Notes: generated by a model not told the origin, from the letters alone. 64,000 bases of DNA from Desulfosudaceae bacterium (GCA_963674745.2 CAXXDV010000003.1:1632001-1696000); one strand, 5' to 3'. Shown: positions 41,572 through 51,989, counted from the first letter of the stretch. Program-made: numbers and translations.

Positions 41572-42450
41572 ATGCGTTACGAAGGACAGATATACCGGCC
41601 CTTTTCCGAGGCCGACAGCTATCTTTTACAATGCACCATCGGGTGCTCCCACAATGGCTGCACTTTTTGCGGCATGTACAAGGACCGGCAATTCCGGATC
41701 CGCTCCATGGAAGAAATCATGGAAGATATCCGTATGGCCAAAGATTATTACGGGGATGTGCAAAAAGCCTTTTTGTGCGACGGAGACGCGGTGTGCATGG
41801 ACACCGAAGCGCTGATGGCCATTATAAAGGCGCTTTACGAAACATTTCCTTCCCTTCGTCATGTGGGTACCTATGTCGGCCCCCAGAGCACACTGGCCAA
41901 AACCCCGGCCGACCTGAAAAACCTTCGAAAGGCGGGACTGACCAAGGCCTACCTGGGGGTCGAATCGGGCGATGACGAGGTGCTCAAGGACACCAACAAA
42001 GGCGTCAACGCGGCCCAGATGCTGGAAGCCGGTAAACGATTGGTGGAAAACGGCTTTAACCTGTCGTCCATGGTGCTGCTGGGAATCGCCGGGACCGGCG
42101 AAAAAGCGAAAAGACACGCCGCCCTTACCGCTGAAATTACCAATCAGATGAAACCCCGCTACCTGGCTGCCCTGACCTTTACCCCGGTTCCGAGAACGGC
42201 CCTGTTCAGAAAGGTCGAATCCGGGGCGTTTGTCCTGCCTGATCCCTTTGAGACTCTGGAAGAAATGAAAATCATGTTTGAAAACATCACCATCGACAAC
42301 CTGACATTTATCGGCGCCCATGCCTCCAATTACCTGCCCGTCAGCGGAAAACTCCAGAAAGACAAAGCCGCCATGCTGAAAACCGTCGACGCCGTCCTTT
42401 CATCCCGCGACATGGGCGCCCTTCGCCCGGATAACATGCGGGGGTTGTAA
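41572..42450 (+). CDS. Radical SAM protein
   Basis: YEG.IYRP.SEA.S.LLQCTIGCSHNGCTFC, FLCDGDA, YLGVESG and HASNYL. Confidence 0.92.
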   Translation: MRYEGQIYRPFSEADSYLLQCTIGCSHNGCTFCGMYKDRQFRIRSMEEIMEDIRMAKDYYGDVQKAFLCDGDAVCMDTEALMAIIKALYETFPSLRHVGTYVGPQSTLAKTPADLKNLRKAGLTKAYLGVESGDDEVLKDTNKGVNAAQMLEAGKRLVENGFNLSSMVLLGIAGTGEKAKRHAALTAEITNQMKPRYLAALTFTPVPRTALFRKVESGAFVLPDPFETLEEMKIMFENITIDNLTFIGAHASNYLPVSGKLQKDKAAMLKTVDAVLSSRDMGALRPDNMRGL

Positions 42451-42936
42451 AAACCGTATGCGTGCATAGGATTACGGCGCCGGAAACGCGCCCATCCTGC
42501 GTTTAATCCGCTGTGTTCCAGTGCTTCATCTTTTGCCAGGAGCCGTTGTAGCGGAAACCAAAAACGCATAAAATATTCAAAAAATCATCAACCAAAATGA
42601 CTGAAATCCAATCGTTTTCAGAAGTGGTGATGAAATATTATCTTTTACTTGACAGAAATGAAAAAATGCGGTTCACAAGAAGTTAGAGGCGCATGTTTCG
42701 GGGGGATTCCAAGGCCAATATATCTATTTATTGAATAATTCAAGGATAGTATAGCTGTTTATGCACAATCAAAGTGCATGACAGGATTACGCCGACTGTC
42801 CCCAAAATTCCACAATCCTCAATCAATTGACTCAAGCGCTATAAATTATCTGTTATCAGGAAGGGGGGTGATACAGGTTGTGAGGCGAAGGTTAATTGAT
42901 TTAATAATCTTTTATTTACAAAAAAAGGATAGAGAA

Positions 42937-43485
42937 ATGAAAAAACTTACCATACCAACACTGGTTATTCTCATTGTTTTTTGCCTGTTTGTTACGTTAT
43001 CAATATCTGCCGACAAACGGAAGCTCGCTACGCAACCTGCAACACAAAAACAGATGCTCACACCACAGACACAAATTAATGCGGGCTCGGTGGCGGCCAA
43101 AATTCCGAAAATAGCGGACTTAAAAGTCGATACGATTCATTCCTACAATTGCGGATGCGAACTGGAAGGTGTCGATGCGTTCTATATGGCAAATATTATG
43201 GTAGATGTTGCCAATGCCAGTGGTGTCCCGACATCATCTACGTTGACCTTAACCTATCATGATCTTGTAGCAGGTCCGCAGACGGTGATAAAAAGTATTT
43301 CTACCCTGAATTCGTATCCGACGAATCCATGGGCACTTCAACGATTTGTTGTTGTAAACCACCCGGTGCTGGTAAAAAAATCAACCGGTATCAGAGCGGA
43401 AATTCAACCAACGCCACCGACTACGGAATCGAATCCGGTCAATAATGTTAAAATTGTGAACCGTTGTGATATTATGGTTTACTAA
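42937..43485 (+). CDS. Secreted protein with a CARDB-like Ig domain
   Basis: Signal peptide MKKLTIPTLVILIVF..; ADLKV..VDVAN..TESNPVNN. Confidence 0.65.
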   Translation: MKKLTIPTLVILIVFCLFVTLSISADKRKLATQPATQKQMLTPQTQINAGSVAAKIPKIADLKVDTIHSYNCGCELEGVDAFYMANIMVDVANASGVPTSSTLTLTYHDLVAGPQTVIKSISTLNSYPTNPWALQRFVVVNHPVLVKKSTGIRAEIQPTPPTTESNPVNNVKIVNRCDIMVY

Positions 43486-43538
43486 TTGAACCACCATTGA
43501 ATTGATTTAAAATAATAAATCATTCTGCCGTTCAAGCT

Positions 43539-43588
43539 GCGGTGAGGTCTCCATGCGTATCACACGGCCAGGCCTCACCGCTTTTTTT
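43539..43588 (+). terminator. Probable terminator
   Basis: GCGGTGAGG..CCTCACCGC followed by a T-run; large loop. Confidence 0.6.
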
Positions 43589-43689
43589 GACAACCTCTAT
43601 TACAACCGCTTGTGGATGAAAACAAGTCCCCCCCCCCTCTTTCACCTGACCTTTATCTGCGTCCATGCTTCCAAGTACCTGCCTCTCAG

Positions 43690-43925
43690 TGGAAAACACC
43701 AGAAAGACCAGGGAGAATCGATGAAAAACGACGTCAAACGGCTACTGTTCTCCGCCTTGGCGGCCACCTATTTTGCCGCTTAACTGGTGGCGGAAAACAT
43801 GATTATCAGCCGGGCCGACAAAGCTTTTAACGAACGGTTATTAAAAGAAGCACAGGCCCGCAGGCGCATGGGGGCCGGTTCCTTGAGCGATGAATTGAAT
43901 TTCGAAATACGGGTCAACAAGGACA
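43690..43925 (+). pseudogene. Internal fragment of a TolC-family outer-membrane efflux gene with an in-frame stop
   Basis: DVKRLLFSALAATYFAA*LVAENMIISRADKAFNERLLKEAQARRRMGAGSLSDELNFEIRVN (TAA 43781-43783) matches the OEP helical pattern ..Y....A...+.......A..R...G..S..D. Confidence 0.6.
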
Positions 43926-43936
43926 TGCCGGTCCGG

Positions 43937-45157
43937 TTATTCGGGCGGATGATAGCCCGGCCCGCTTATAGAAAAAGGCGAAAGTCTTCCGATTATTCTG
44001 GCGGCACCCAGCTTAAATCCCTGCCCGACTGAAAGATCACGGCCTTTGGCTTCGAGGTAGCGGTCGGCGTAATAATCCAGCAGGTTTTTTGACGGCGGGG
44101 AATAATTGCTTCTTTCTCTTAACGTTATCGCGTTTTGCTGGTCGCAGGCGGTTACACAAAGGCCGCAGCCGATACAGCGGGCGTAATCGATTTTAGCCGG
44201 CGGGGTCTTCTTTTCCCAGGTGATGGCTTCCATGGGGCAAATTTGGGCACATTTCCCACAGGCGTTACACTTATCATCCACCACCTGGGCTTCAAAGCGG
44301 CTGCCGGCGACGATGGTCGGGATATTGTGAATCTTCAACATCCTTAAGGCCCCGCAGCAGCAGGAACAGCAGGAGCAGACCTGGAGGGGGTTCACCAGAT
44401 TGTCCGTCATGTTGACCAGCCCGGCTTCCGCGGCCATTGTTTTGGCTTCGATGTATTCTTTTTTGGAAACCCTTCTGGCAAGGCCTTTGTCTATAGCGAA
44501 ATCAGCCAGCCAGCCCATGGCGGAACACACGTCCAGCGGTTTGTCGCAGCCTTCACCGATCAGGCGTTTTTCCTGTCGACAGGAACAGGGCACAAGACAA
44601 AAACTGTTGTTCCGATCAATGGTCTCCATAAAGCTGTCGGTTAAATGGGGAATAATGCCGCCGGCGTTTTCCAGAGATTTTTCCACGGGAATAATCCTGG
44701 TAAAACGAAGGTCCTTTCCCGCCACACTTTTTTTCACCCAGGGCATTATTTCTTCATAAAATTCAGAAAAAAGAGAAGCGAATTGTATGAAATAATCGCT
44801 TAATGCCTCGTTATCCTCTTCATTTTTGGATCTTATCATCTGCGCTTCAAAAAGTCCGGGAACAAAGTTTAAAAAGGCATAGGTTTGCACGCCCATTATT
44901 TTTAAACCGGTTATCAAAAAACGATTTGCCAGCGATTCCAGAATGGGCCGGACTTCGGCTACCGGCCTTTTGGCACGGCGGGCAATTTGCGCTGTTGTTT
45001 TATTGGTGAAGGTCAAATTCAGAACGAGTGTCGCTTCTTCTTCGGTAAAAGCCAGAGCAACCAGTTTTTTAAGCGAATCCGGCATGGGCACATCCTTGAG
45101 GTTCTCTTTATAAAGGAATTTCTCGGCTAATTTCACATGGGCTTCGCTTATGTTCAT
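43937..45157 (-). CDS. 4Fe-4S dicluster-domain protein
   Basis: CSCRQ, C.KP..VC, VCSCCSCCCG, CNACGKCAQICP and CIGCGLCVTAC. Confidence 0.9.
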   Translation of the reverse strand: MNISEAHVKLAEKFLYKENLKDVPMPDSLKKLVALAFTEEEATLVLNLTFTNKTTAQIARRAKRPVAEVRPILESLANRFLITGLKIMGVQTYAFLNFVPGLFEAQMIRSKNEEDNEALSDYFIQFASLFSEFYEEIMPWVKKSVAGKDLRFTRIIPVEKSLENAGGIIPHLTDSFMETIDRNNSFCLVPCSCRQEKRLIGEGCDKPLDVCSAMGWLADFAIDKGLARRVSKKEYIEAKTMAAEAGLVNMTDNLVNPLQVCSCCSCCCGALRMLKIHNIPTIVAGSRFEAQVVDDKCNACGKCAQICPMEAITWEKKTPPAKIDYARCIGCGLCVTACDQQNAITLRERSNYSPPSKNLLDYYADRYLEAKGRDLSVGQGFKLGAARIIGRLSPFSISGPGYHPPE

Positions 45158-45175
45158 GGTGCGCCTTTTTTCTGA

Positions 45176-45883
45176 TTAACGATAATGTTTGTCCAATCCG
45201 GGATATCTGATATAAATATCATCCACGGCACGATCCTGTACTTTTTTCAGTTTTGTCTGAAGTCGCTTTCGTGATTTATCCGTGGCTACGGACAACAGGA
45301 CAAGCAACACCCCGGATTCCAGCCTGGCCAGGAGCGCTTCGTCACTGATTTCCCTCAGACCCCAGTCTTCAACGGCAAGACGGTAGCAGTAAAATATCTC
45401 CGCAGCCACGAGAACCGGCGAAACGTTATTGACAAAATACCCTTTTGTTTGAGCAGCAGACGTTATGTCGGAAAGCATATCCAGAATTTCAGTAAACAAG
45501 GCAATTGCGTAAGGACCGGAGCGCCTTTCCGCTTTAAAATATTCGACGGCCATGATGGGACGAAGGACCCTGGCGTTCTGGATCAAATATTTTACGGGTT
45601 CGGTGGTAATCTCCAGAATAGCGGAAAAAGGATCATTTTTACTTCTGGCCTGCAGATACGGCGTCACATCGTTCAGTGCGTTTTCCAGAAGCGCTGTTAA
45701 AATATCGTCTTTGTTGCCAAAAAGGTTGTAAAGGGTGGTGACTGAGAACCCGGCCATCTTGCCTAAAGCCCGCATGGTAAGGCCCTCGGGCCCATTTTTT
45801 GAGACTATTCTGGCGGCTGTTTTCAGTATCTTCTGTTTGCGTTTTTCAATATTTTGTTCTCGTTTGTTCAATGTATTTTCCAC
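45176..45883 (-). CDS. TetR/AcrR family regulator
   Basis: ILKTAARI...G.EGLTMRALG..AGFSVTTLYNLFGNKDDIL; start uncertain (GTG 45883 or TTG 45871). Confidence 0.93.
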   Translation of the reverse strand: MENTLNKREQNIEKRKQKILKTAARIVSKNGPEGLTMRALGKMAGFSVTTLYNLFGNKDDILTALLENALNDVTPYLQARSKNDPFSAILEITTEPVKYLIQNARVLRPIMAVEYFKAERRSGPYAIALFTEILDMLSDITSAAQTKGYFVNNVSPVLVAAEIFYCYRLAVEDWGLREISDEALLARLESGVLLVLLSVATDKSRKRLQTKLKKVQDRAVDDIYIRYPGLDKHYR

Positions 45884-45887
45884 CCAT

Positions 45888-45932
45888 ATAAAATGTAACA
45901 TTGTTACAAGTTGTAACAATGTTACATTTTAT
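45888..45932. promoter_or_regulatory. Perfect 45-bp palindrome, probable tandem TetR operators
   Basis: ATAAAATGTAACATTGTTACAA-G-TTGTAACAATGTTACATTTTAT; each arm contains TGTAACA-W-TGTTACA. Confidence 0.85.
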
Positions 45933-46137
45933 TATCAAGCCCTATCTGAAAATACTACCCGAAGGGTTCAGTTGGCGTAATGTTTCAGGCAGGCAACGGG
46001 CAATCGACGAAAATTTGACATACAAAATTGATTTTGCTATTTAAAACAGCCATAAAGCGTGCTTCATGTTTTTCATAAATCAGTAGAACGGCCGACGCTG
46101 ACAGTTAATACAAACAACGTTTTCGTGGAGTTTCAAT

Positions 46138-46953
46138 ATGCCGGACCAAACTATCACCGAACAAACCCACATCATCGACGGCCGCGCTGTATGTGTTCAT
46201 ACGAGTCCAATGCGAAAACCGGATTTCCCCACCCTGCTTTTGATCCACGGTGGTTGGGGCAGCGCCGTTATGCACTGGGCGCCGGTTTGGGGCGCTCTGG
46301 CCGAACACGTCCGGGTTGTCGCACCGGAGCTGCCGGGTATGGGATACGGCAGTGCGCCCATTGCTTCAACCGTACCGAATTTCAGTCAATGGCTGGAACG
46401 CCTGATGGATCATCTGGAAATCGAACAGGTTTGGGCCGCCGGCAACTCAATGGGCGGAGCCATTGCCTGGCAACTGGCGCTGAACGCACCTGATCGTGTG
46501 AAAGGCTTGATACTGATCAACGGCGGCCCTCTGCCGCCCCTTTCCAAAAATGTGCAACGCTTCGCCAGGACGCGCCCGGGGCGGATGCTTGTCAGGATCA
46601 TTGCAAAACGGGTCGCTTTTTCATTAAAAGCGGTCGAGTCGGCCTTTGCCGATCTTTCGAGCGTCCCCGGACCACTGATTGACCTCTGCCAACGCCGCCG
46701 TTCGCCACAACTGCTGGTCACAACCGACGTGATTATTGACGGCTCAATCTCAAAGGCGATACCCGGTCAGCCAGGCTTGATCATATGGGGAACCGAGGAC
46801 CGCCTGCATGGCAGCCGGCCGGACCAGGCGAAACGGTTAAAACATCGACTGCATGACGCACGATTGGTCGAAATAAGGGACGCCGGTCATATGCCGCAGG
46901 TTGAACAGCCCCGGCTGGTGATCGATGCATTAGCCGGGTTCGTGGGATTTTAA
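46138..46953 (+). CDS. Alpha/beta-fold hydrolase
   Basis: LLIHGG, PELPGMGYG, GNSMGG, IIWGTEDR and AGHMPQVEQP. Confidence 0.93.
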   Translation: MPDQTITEQTHIIDGRAVCVHTSPMRKPDFPTLLLIHGGWGSAVMHWAPVWGALAEHVRVVAPELPGMGYGSAPIASTVPNFSQWLERLMDHLEIEQVWAAGNSMGGAIAWQLALNAPDRVKGLILINGGPLPPLSKNVQRFARTRPGRMLVRIIAKRVAFSLKAVESAFADLSSVPGPLIDLCQRRRSPQLLVTTDVIIDGSISKAIPGQPGLIIWGTEDRLHGSRPDQAKRLKHRLHDARLVEIRDAGHMPQVEQPRLVIDALAGFVGF

Positions 46954-46970
46954 AAAAGTACCCTTCTTAT

Positions 46971-47693
46971 TCAGATACCCTGCTGTGACAGATTACGGCT
47001 GATGGCAGACCTTACCGACACCAGCAGGTCCTCTTTTTCATCTTCAGAATAATCAGCCGTTTCTATGGGCGGAGAAATAATGACCCGGATAATGCCAGGC
47101 TTGATGCGCAGTTTATGTTTCGGCAGCAGATTGTGGCTGTTGGCAATGGTAATCGGCACAATAGGCAACCGAGCCTTGAGCGCCAGCATGACGCCGCCTT
47201 TTTTAAACGCCATTAAACGTCCGTCCGGGCTGCGCGTCCCCTCGGCAAAAAAAAGGGCGCTGATGCCGTTGCGAAGTTCCGCAATGGACTGGTTAAGTCG
47301 CTGCAAAGCGGCTGGATTGTTTTCCCTGTCAATAAATATCATTTTCGCCATACGGGTCGCCAGGCCGAAAACCGGTATGCGTGAAAGGGAGCTTTTGGCC
47401 ACAAAACGCAGCGGATGCGGCAGAGCCAGAGCCAACGCAGGCGGATCCAGGTGGCTGGCATGATTGGACATAAAAACGTAGGAGCAATCCGCCTGAAGAT
47501 GCTCCCGACCATCTATCTGAATTTTGACCCGGTGCGCTTTGCACAGGACCCAGGCCCAGGCCCGGCAGAAGAAAAATGTCAGCCGGCCGGTTTTACTGAA
47601 CGGGGCCAGGAGAATAACCGCACTTCCCATAATCAGGGTATCAATCGTGATGACGATTGATGTCCAGAATATCATGGGAATTGTGGTTGACAT
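46971..47693 (-). CDS. plsC: 1-acyl-sn-glycerol-3-phosphate acyltransferase
   Basis: NHASHLD, FIDR, FAEGTRS, FKKG and PIVP. Confidence 0.93.
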   Translation of the reverse strand: MSTTIPMIFWTSIVITIDTLIMGSAVILLAPFSKTGRLTFFFCRAWAWVLCKAHRVKIQIDGREHLQADCSYVFMSNHASHLDPPALALALPHPLRFVAKSSLSRIPVFGLATRMAKMIFIDRENNPAALQRLNQSIAELRNGISALFFAEGTRSPDGRLMAFKKGGVMLALKARLPIVPITIANSHNLLPKHKLRIKPGIIRVIISPPIETADYSEDEKEDLLVSVRSAISRNLSQQGI

Positions 47694-47898
47694 CTTTTTT
47701 ACTTAAAAGATTGATTATTAAATGACAAGTCAAAAACAATCCTGCTGCGTGTATTACATTTTTTTTACATTTGCGCTTTTTTATCCCTAAAAGATTGTTT
47801 TAAAGGCCAGAAACAATTATTTTGAAAAATATATCATAGCGGATATCACTGAAACCTTTTTTAAACGATCTTGTCTTGAATGAACAAGGAGAAATCAT

Positions 47899-48693
47899 AT
47901 GGGACGTAAAATTATTGATCTGTCCATTGCCATTGAAGCCGGGCTTCCCAGTGACCCGGAAATGATGATACCGCAGATCGACTACCTGACCCACGAGCAG
48001 GGAGCCGACCAGATGCAGATGTTTTTCCCGGGCCTGGACAAAGATCAGCTTCCCGGCAGCCTGGGATGGGCGGTCGAATTTGTTCATTTAACCACCCATT
48101 CAGGTACCCACCTGGACGCGCCCTTTCACTATCACCCCTATTCCGACGGCGGGAAAGACGCCCTGACCATCGACCAGATTCCTCTGGACTGGTGCCTGCA
48201 GGACGGCGTGGTGTTGGACTTCAGCCACAAGGCCGACGGTGAGCGCATTACGGCTGCTGACGTAAAGGCCAAGTTGAAAGAAATCGGGTATACCATCAAG
48301 CCCCTGGATATTGTGTTGATTCGCACCGGGGCCGATGCCTTCTGGGGACAACCGGAATACCTGGTCAAAGGGGCGGGCATGACGCGGGAATCAACCCTGT
48401 TCCTTTTAGACCAGGGGGTGAAAGTGGTCGGCATCGATGCCTGGTCGTGGGACCGCCCCCTGCCCTTTCTGGCCGAGGAGTTTCAGAAAACCGGCGACCC
48501 GTCCGTGATCTGGGAAGCTCATTTTGCCGGTATTGAAAAAGGGTATTGTCACATGGAAAAAATGGCCAACCTGGATCAGATCCCGGTGGCCCACGGATTT
48601 CAGGTGGGCTGCTTCCCGGTTAAAATCAAGTCCGCCTCGGCCGGGTGGACACGTCCGGTGGCCATCATTGATTATCCTGAACGAGAGGATTAA
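47899..48693 (+). CDS. Cyclase-family metallohydrolase (kynurenine formamidase-like)
   Basis: IIDLS, THSGTHLDAPFH, DIVLIRTG, VGIDA.S.D and E..ANLD. Confidence 0.92.
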   Translation: MGRKIIDLSIAIEAGLPSDPEMMIPQIDYLTHEQGADQMQMFFPGLDKDQLPGSLGWAVEFVHLTTHSGTHLDAPFHYHPYSDGGKDALTIDQIPLDWCLQDGVVLDFSHKADGERITAADVKAKLKEIGYTIKPLDIVLIRTGADAFWGQPEYLVKGAGMTRESTLFLLDQGVKVVGIDAWSWDRPLPFLAEEFQKTGDPSVIWEAHFAGIEKGYCHMEKMANLDQIPVAHGFQVGCFPVKIKSASAGWTRPVAIIDYPERED

Positions 48694-48779
48694 AACTCAA
48701 GGGACGGGATAAGGTGAAAATGTAGAGACCGGATCTGTGCCGTTTTTAAAATCTGAAAAACAAACCCTGAAAAAACCGT

Positions 48780-48856
48780 TTAACCCGAATATCCTTCCGT
48801 TACAGACCTTTTTGGTTATATCCATGACGGAGGCACAAGTAGGATATTCGGGTTAA
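48780..48856. repeat. 77-bp inverted-repeat element between convergent genes
   Basis: TTAACCCGAATATCCT (48780-48795) and AGGATATTCGGGTTAA (48841-48856) form a perfect 16-bp IR, with an inner TCCGTTA/TGACGGA stem. Confidence 0.85.
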
Positions 48857-48920
48857 CGGCCGCTCAACCAACTTTATATATCATTCACAGCACGTTCTTT
48901 TTTAAAAGGCATGCCGATTG

Positions 48921-49430
48921 TCAGCGCTTAAATAATTCTTTCGTTTTGACGTTGCTGTTCATCCATTTTTCAATCACAGTCAACAACACTTCCCTGCGAA
49001 TGGGTTTAAGCAGTAAATCATCCATACCGGCTTGAACATACCAGCTTTTTTCATGACTTTCGGCTCCTGCGGTAACGGCGACAATAGAGATATGCCGTGG
49101 CATTGCTCCGGATGGGACTTCCGCCGGGACGGATTGTTCCGCTTCCCATTGACGTATGGCCCGGGTCGCGTTAATCCCATTCAGTACGGGCATCTGAATA
49201 TCCATTAAAATCATGCTGTAATCATCTGGAGCAGATATATACCGTTCAACAGCCGCTTTGCCGTTTTCGACGGTTGTTATGAAATATCCGGCCCGTTCAA
49301 GCATTAGGGAGACGACCTTCTGATTAATGGGATTGTCTTCCGCCAGAAGGATGTTCCCGGGAATCTCAGTTTTGATGTCATCCTCGTTGGCGTCTAGCGA
49401 CATTTGAAAAGATTTTTTTGAAACGTCCAT
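48921..49430 (-). CDS. Single-domain response regulator receiver
   Basis: [23 protein letters not shown] and AGMDD.L.KP. Confidence 0.9.
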   Translation of the reverse strand: MDVSKKSFQMSLDANEDDIKTEIPGNILLAEDNPINQKVVSLMLERAGYFITTVENGKAAVERYISAPDDYSMILMDIQMPVLNGINATRAIRQWEAEQSVPAEVPSGAMPRHISIVAVTAGAESHEKSWYVQAGMDDLLLKPIRREVLLTVIEKWMNSNVKTKELFKR

Positions 49431-49656
49431 TTATTGGTCAACATCCAAGTAACTTGCCTGCCTGATTTATCCTCACTTTGACCGGATTGACGGTTCAGGC
49501 CAATCTCAGTCTTATTTGAAAAGCACCCCCCTCTCCTCGTTGCCTTTTCTTTATGCCCCTTATTGTGGCCTGTATGTTTGGAAACCTGATGATGATCCAG
49601 CGTATTATTTGATTTCTATTTTTTTTATGATATTATTTCAAGCTAAATATGATTGA

Positions 49657-49699
49657 TGAAACAAAACAGTGTTTCAACATGAAATGATTTGAAATTTCA
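49657..49699. promoter_or_regulatory. Two tandem TGAAA-N10-TTTCA boxes
   Basis: TGAAA-caaaacagtg-TTTCA (49657-49676) and TGAAA-tgatttgaaa-TTTCA (49680-49699), 3 bp apart, ending 8 bp before the ATG. Confidence 0.55.
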
Positions 49700-49707
49700 A
49701 TTGGAGA

Positions 49708-51960
49708 ATGAAACACACCATGAATAAAAAAAACAGCAACATTGATATGCAAAACGCAAAATACGCGTTGCTTGGCATGATCCCCTCAGCCGAGGCTTAT
49801 GCCGACTTCAAGTCGGATATGCGCAAAGGGGCGTCGGACATCATACCTGAAATTATCGAATATGCGGTCTCGTACCAACTGATACGGGAAAAGACGGAAA
49901 CCGCTTTTATGGCTTTTCTGGAGCACAACCCGGTAACCCATCCGCCAGTGACAGAAGGCATGACCTTTTCCGATCTGTTGAGCCAGGTTCTGGGCACCAA
50001 ATCGGTGAACAGTCTTCTGGAGACCATCAACGAATTTGCCCAACGGTTCCGGATGATGCCTGTTCAAGCCTCGATGTTCAGCCGCCTGAGAAAAAACTTA
50101 AACCCCAATACGCCGAAAAAACGAAACGCCTTAAGACTGCTGGCATTCTGGATAGGATCAAAGCAACCGGAACTGGGATGGAACTATGAAATGCTGGTGA
50201 AGATGGCCGACGCCCGGACCGATGAGCCGGTGGCGATAGAGGAAACAGAAGGGGTTCGTATCGTCTTTGCGCTCCAGGCAGTCGGCGACATTCTCGATAT
50301 CAAGGCCGTCAACTGGCTGAAATCCGAACTTCATAAATGCATTTACGACCTCAACCTGCACTATATCCAACCGGGCAAAATCGCCTTCACCCTGTCGACC
50401 GCACATATCGATATCCCCAAAGCGCCGGGGCCCGCCGGTGAACCCCGCCTGTATGCCAGGGCCATCCGGGACAGCCTGGCCTTGGCCTACCAGATGCCTA
50501 TCCGCTGGGCTCTGTCGAAACACAGCAGCCGTGAGCGTTCGATTATCATCGCCATAAACGCGGGTCCGTTTGACCTGGCGGACAAATATATCCAGATGCT
50601 GTTTGCAGCCCAAAAAATGGGGATCACCCCCATACGAATGTCTGATTTTGCCCGACTGTGCGCCAAGCTGTCCGACATCAAAGTAAAATTCAGCAGTAAC
50701 GTTGAAGAGCTGATGATTGGATTTCCGGGGGCAACCCTTTCAAAAGTATGGCACGTTGATTCCTTCTGGTCTTATCTATATTATGACTTCGTTCCCGAGT
50801 TGCTTGAGGAAGATGTTATGCCCACCACCCGTGAAGCCTACGAGGCCTTTCGAAACGAGCTCTTTTTTCCCGACCAGGCCGAATGCCGCAATAAAGCATT
50901 GTCCGCCATACGCAAATTCCCGCAGGATTCGCTACTGGCTATCGAAGTCGCCCGAATCCTTATCGCCAAACGGATGCTGTATGAAGCCGAAGAAATCCTG
51001 TCCGCCGTACTGGCCGCTTATCCGCAGCACGTGGTGGCACGAACCTGCCGGGGGATTATCTATCATTATCTGTCCCTGTATCAAAAGGACCCGGAACTGG
51101 CCGAGGCCTATTTTTACCGGTCCGTCCGGGAAATCGATGTGCTTGAGAGCAACCATTCGGATGAAGCCGAAGCCCTCACCGAATCCGGACTGCTTTATTA
51201 TACCCGTGCGATTCAATTGCTGGTCGCCTTTCGAAAGAAAAAAAGTCAATTTAACCGAGATGAAACCGTCAAAAAATGCACTGCTATTTTAAGCAATGCC
51301 TTACGGCTGTTTAATAAAAGTGCGGCCGTGGCACCGATTACGGATATGAGAGCCGAATTCTGGGTCAGGCAGACCACGATCCTGATGATGATGCTGGAAA
51401 AGGACAAAGCCACCCTGCTGAGCAGTAAAACCATGACCGACCGATACGATATTATCTACAACATTTCACGACAGACTTATCAGTTCCTCGGCTGGCTCAG
51501 GGATGATTCCGAGGACGATCACCGGTTTTTCCAGGAACGGCTGAACAATCTGATGAGGCAATACGCGGAAGATGTTTCGGTGACGAACTTCACCCCCAGT
51601 ATAAAATGCATCTCTGCCGGCTTTCTGTGGAACACGCTGCCCGAAGTAACCGTCGGCATGGCCAAGCTGATCATTTACCTTTACCAGGAAGCCATTCAGG
51701 ACGTAGAGCGGTTGTCACGATTCAACATCGGCGTTTATTCCGCCTCGGGTTGCTACACCATGGTCCAGTCATCCGAACATTTCATAAACAACGCGCAAAA
51801 GTATATCCGACTTCTGGAAGATGTGTTAAAGGATGATCTAAATCAACCGGATGATTACCTGATCCCCAGGGATAAAATCAGAAAGGTAGCCCTGCCCTTT
51901 GCCCTGCTGGACGATGAGGTGGAAAGCGGCATCATTTTCAAAACCGGAGAAGTCCTGTAA
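49708..51960 (+). CDS. Uncharacterised 750-aa protein: HTH-like region, degenerate nucleotidyl-cyclase-like domain, TPR-like helices
   Basis: Long ORF with SD GGAG; TPR-like VARILIAKRMLYEAEEILSAVLAAYPQHVVARTCRGIIY and EALTESGLLYY; cyclase-like secondary-structure order seen by eye. Confidence 0.8.
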   Translation: MKHTMNKKNSNIDMQNAKYALLGMIPSAEAYADFKSDMRKGASDIIPEIIEYAVSYQLIREKTETAFMAFLEHNPVTHPPVTEGMTFSDLLSQVLGTKSVNSLLETINEFAQRFRMMPVQASMFSRLRKNLNPNTPKKRNALRLLAFWIGSKQPELGWNYEMLVKMADARTDEPVAIEETEGVRIVFALQAVGDILDIKAVNWLKSELHKCIYDLNLHYIQPGKIAFTLSTAHIDIPKAPGPAGEPRLYARAIRDSLALAYQMPIRWALSKHSSRERSIIIAINAGPFDLADKYIQMLFAAQKMGITPIRMSDFARLCAKLSDIKVKFSSNVEELMIGFPGATLSKVWHVDSFWSYLYYDFVPELLEEDVMPTTREAYEAFRNELFFPDQAECRNKALSAIRKFPQDSLLAIEVARILIAKRMLYEAEEILSAVLAAYPQHVVARTCRGIIYHYLSLYQKDPELAEAYFYRSVREIDVLESNHSDEAEALTESGLLYYTRAIQLLVAFRKKKSQFNRDETVKKCTAILSNALRLFNKSAAVAPITDMRAEFWVRQTTILMMMLEKDKATLLSSKTMTDRYDIIYNISRQTYQFLGWLRDDSEDDHRFFQERLNNLMRQYAEDVSVTNFTPSIKCISAGFLWNTLPEVTVGMAKLIIYLYQEAIQDVERLSRFNIGVYSASGCYTMVQSSEHFINNAQKYIRLLEDVLKDDLNQPDDYLIPRDKIRKVALPFALLDDEVESGIIFKTGEVL

Positions 51961-51989
51961 TAGGGAGCTCCCATAAAGGAGATTTTGGC

